Source: Welwitschia mirabilis (Eukaryota). Taken from it: a stretch of DNA of 20,000 bases. Positions 19,587 to 20,000 of the stretch are shown here, piece after piece. The notes below the pieces were generated by a model. It did not search any database. It was not told where the DNA came from and worked only from the letters and a program-made list of their open reading frames with translations. The position numbers were made by a program, and so were the translations under genes. The stretch is from NCBI GenBank assembly GCA_051453625.1, contig JBOZIK010000001.1, forward strand, positions 29,236,994 through 29,256,993. The letters are read 5' to 3'. The number at the start of each line of letters is the position of its first letter. Within the stretch, counting starts at the first letter, position 1.

Positions 19587-19932
19587 ACTAGCTTAGATAT
19601 ATAATACATATATATATCTAAAAGTTGGCCGATATTTATCAAATTTTTTTACCTTTTGGATGAGGCTACAAGCATTAAGGAAAATATATTTGCCTAAACA
19701 TTGATCATTANNNNNNNNNNNNNNNNNNNNNNNNNNNNNNNNNNTCCAAGGAAATTTTGGCTGACAGTAGGAAAATTTTGGCTGAGAATAAGCATTGACT
19801 TTTGGTCAGTTATCAACATTTAAGAAAATATATTTTCCTTAATGCTTGTATCCTCATCCAAAAGGCAAAAAAATTTCATAAATCTCAGCCAACTTTTAGA
19901 TATATATATATATATAATATATCTAAGCTAGT
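19587..19932. repeat. ~125-bp imperfect inverted repeat (19587-19710 / 19807-19932) around an assembly gap; possible foldback/MITE-like DNA transposon
   Basis: The left arm ACTAGCTTAGA(TA)n CTAAAAGTTGGC..CCTTTTGGATGAGG..CAAGCATTAAGGAAAATATATTT matches the reverse complement of the right arm with scattered substitutions. Confidence 0.8.
19711..19744. other. Assembly gap (34 N)
   Basis: Run of N characters; the true gap length is unknown. Confidence 1.
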
Positions 19933-20000
19933 GGTCACCAACCACTGATTAATAATAGTTATAAGTTTAATATTCATTATGACTCATATGGAATAAATTT

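Overview
Very AT-rich, CpG-depleted plant-type genomic DNA made almost entirely of old, decayed LTR retrotransposons; no intact protein-coding gene is supported. (1) 1339-8493 (minus strand) is a structurally complete but pseudogenised Ty1/copia element with Sirevirus (SIRE) hallmarks: ~1.36-kb LTRs, GAGCT target-site duplication, tRNA-iMet PBS, multiple PPTs, PR-IN-RT-RNaseH remnants, no env and an abnormally short gag. (2) It is nested inside a plus-strand three-LTR tandem (LTR-I-LTR-I-LTR, <1-16793) of a non-autonomous Ty3/gypsy (Tekay/Del-like) element. That element has ~3.7-kb LTRs but only a 569-bp internal domain (PBS, ~100-codon gag-derived remnant, PPT). Its LTRs carry a 98-bp U5 repeat containing extra PBS/LTR-end copies, plus an antisense tRNA-like A-box/B-box module. 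(3) 16794-19586 is unclassified. (4) A ~125-bp inverted repeat flanks a 34-N assembly gap at 19711-19744. Identities quoted are by-eye estimates; no searches were run.
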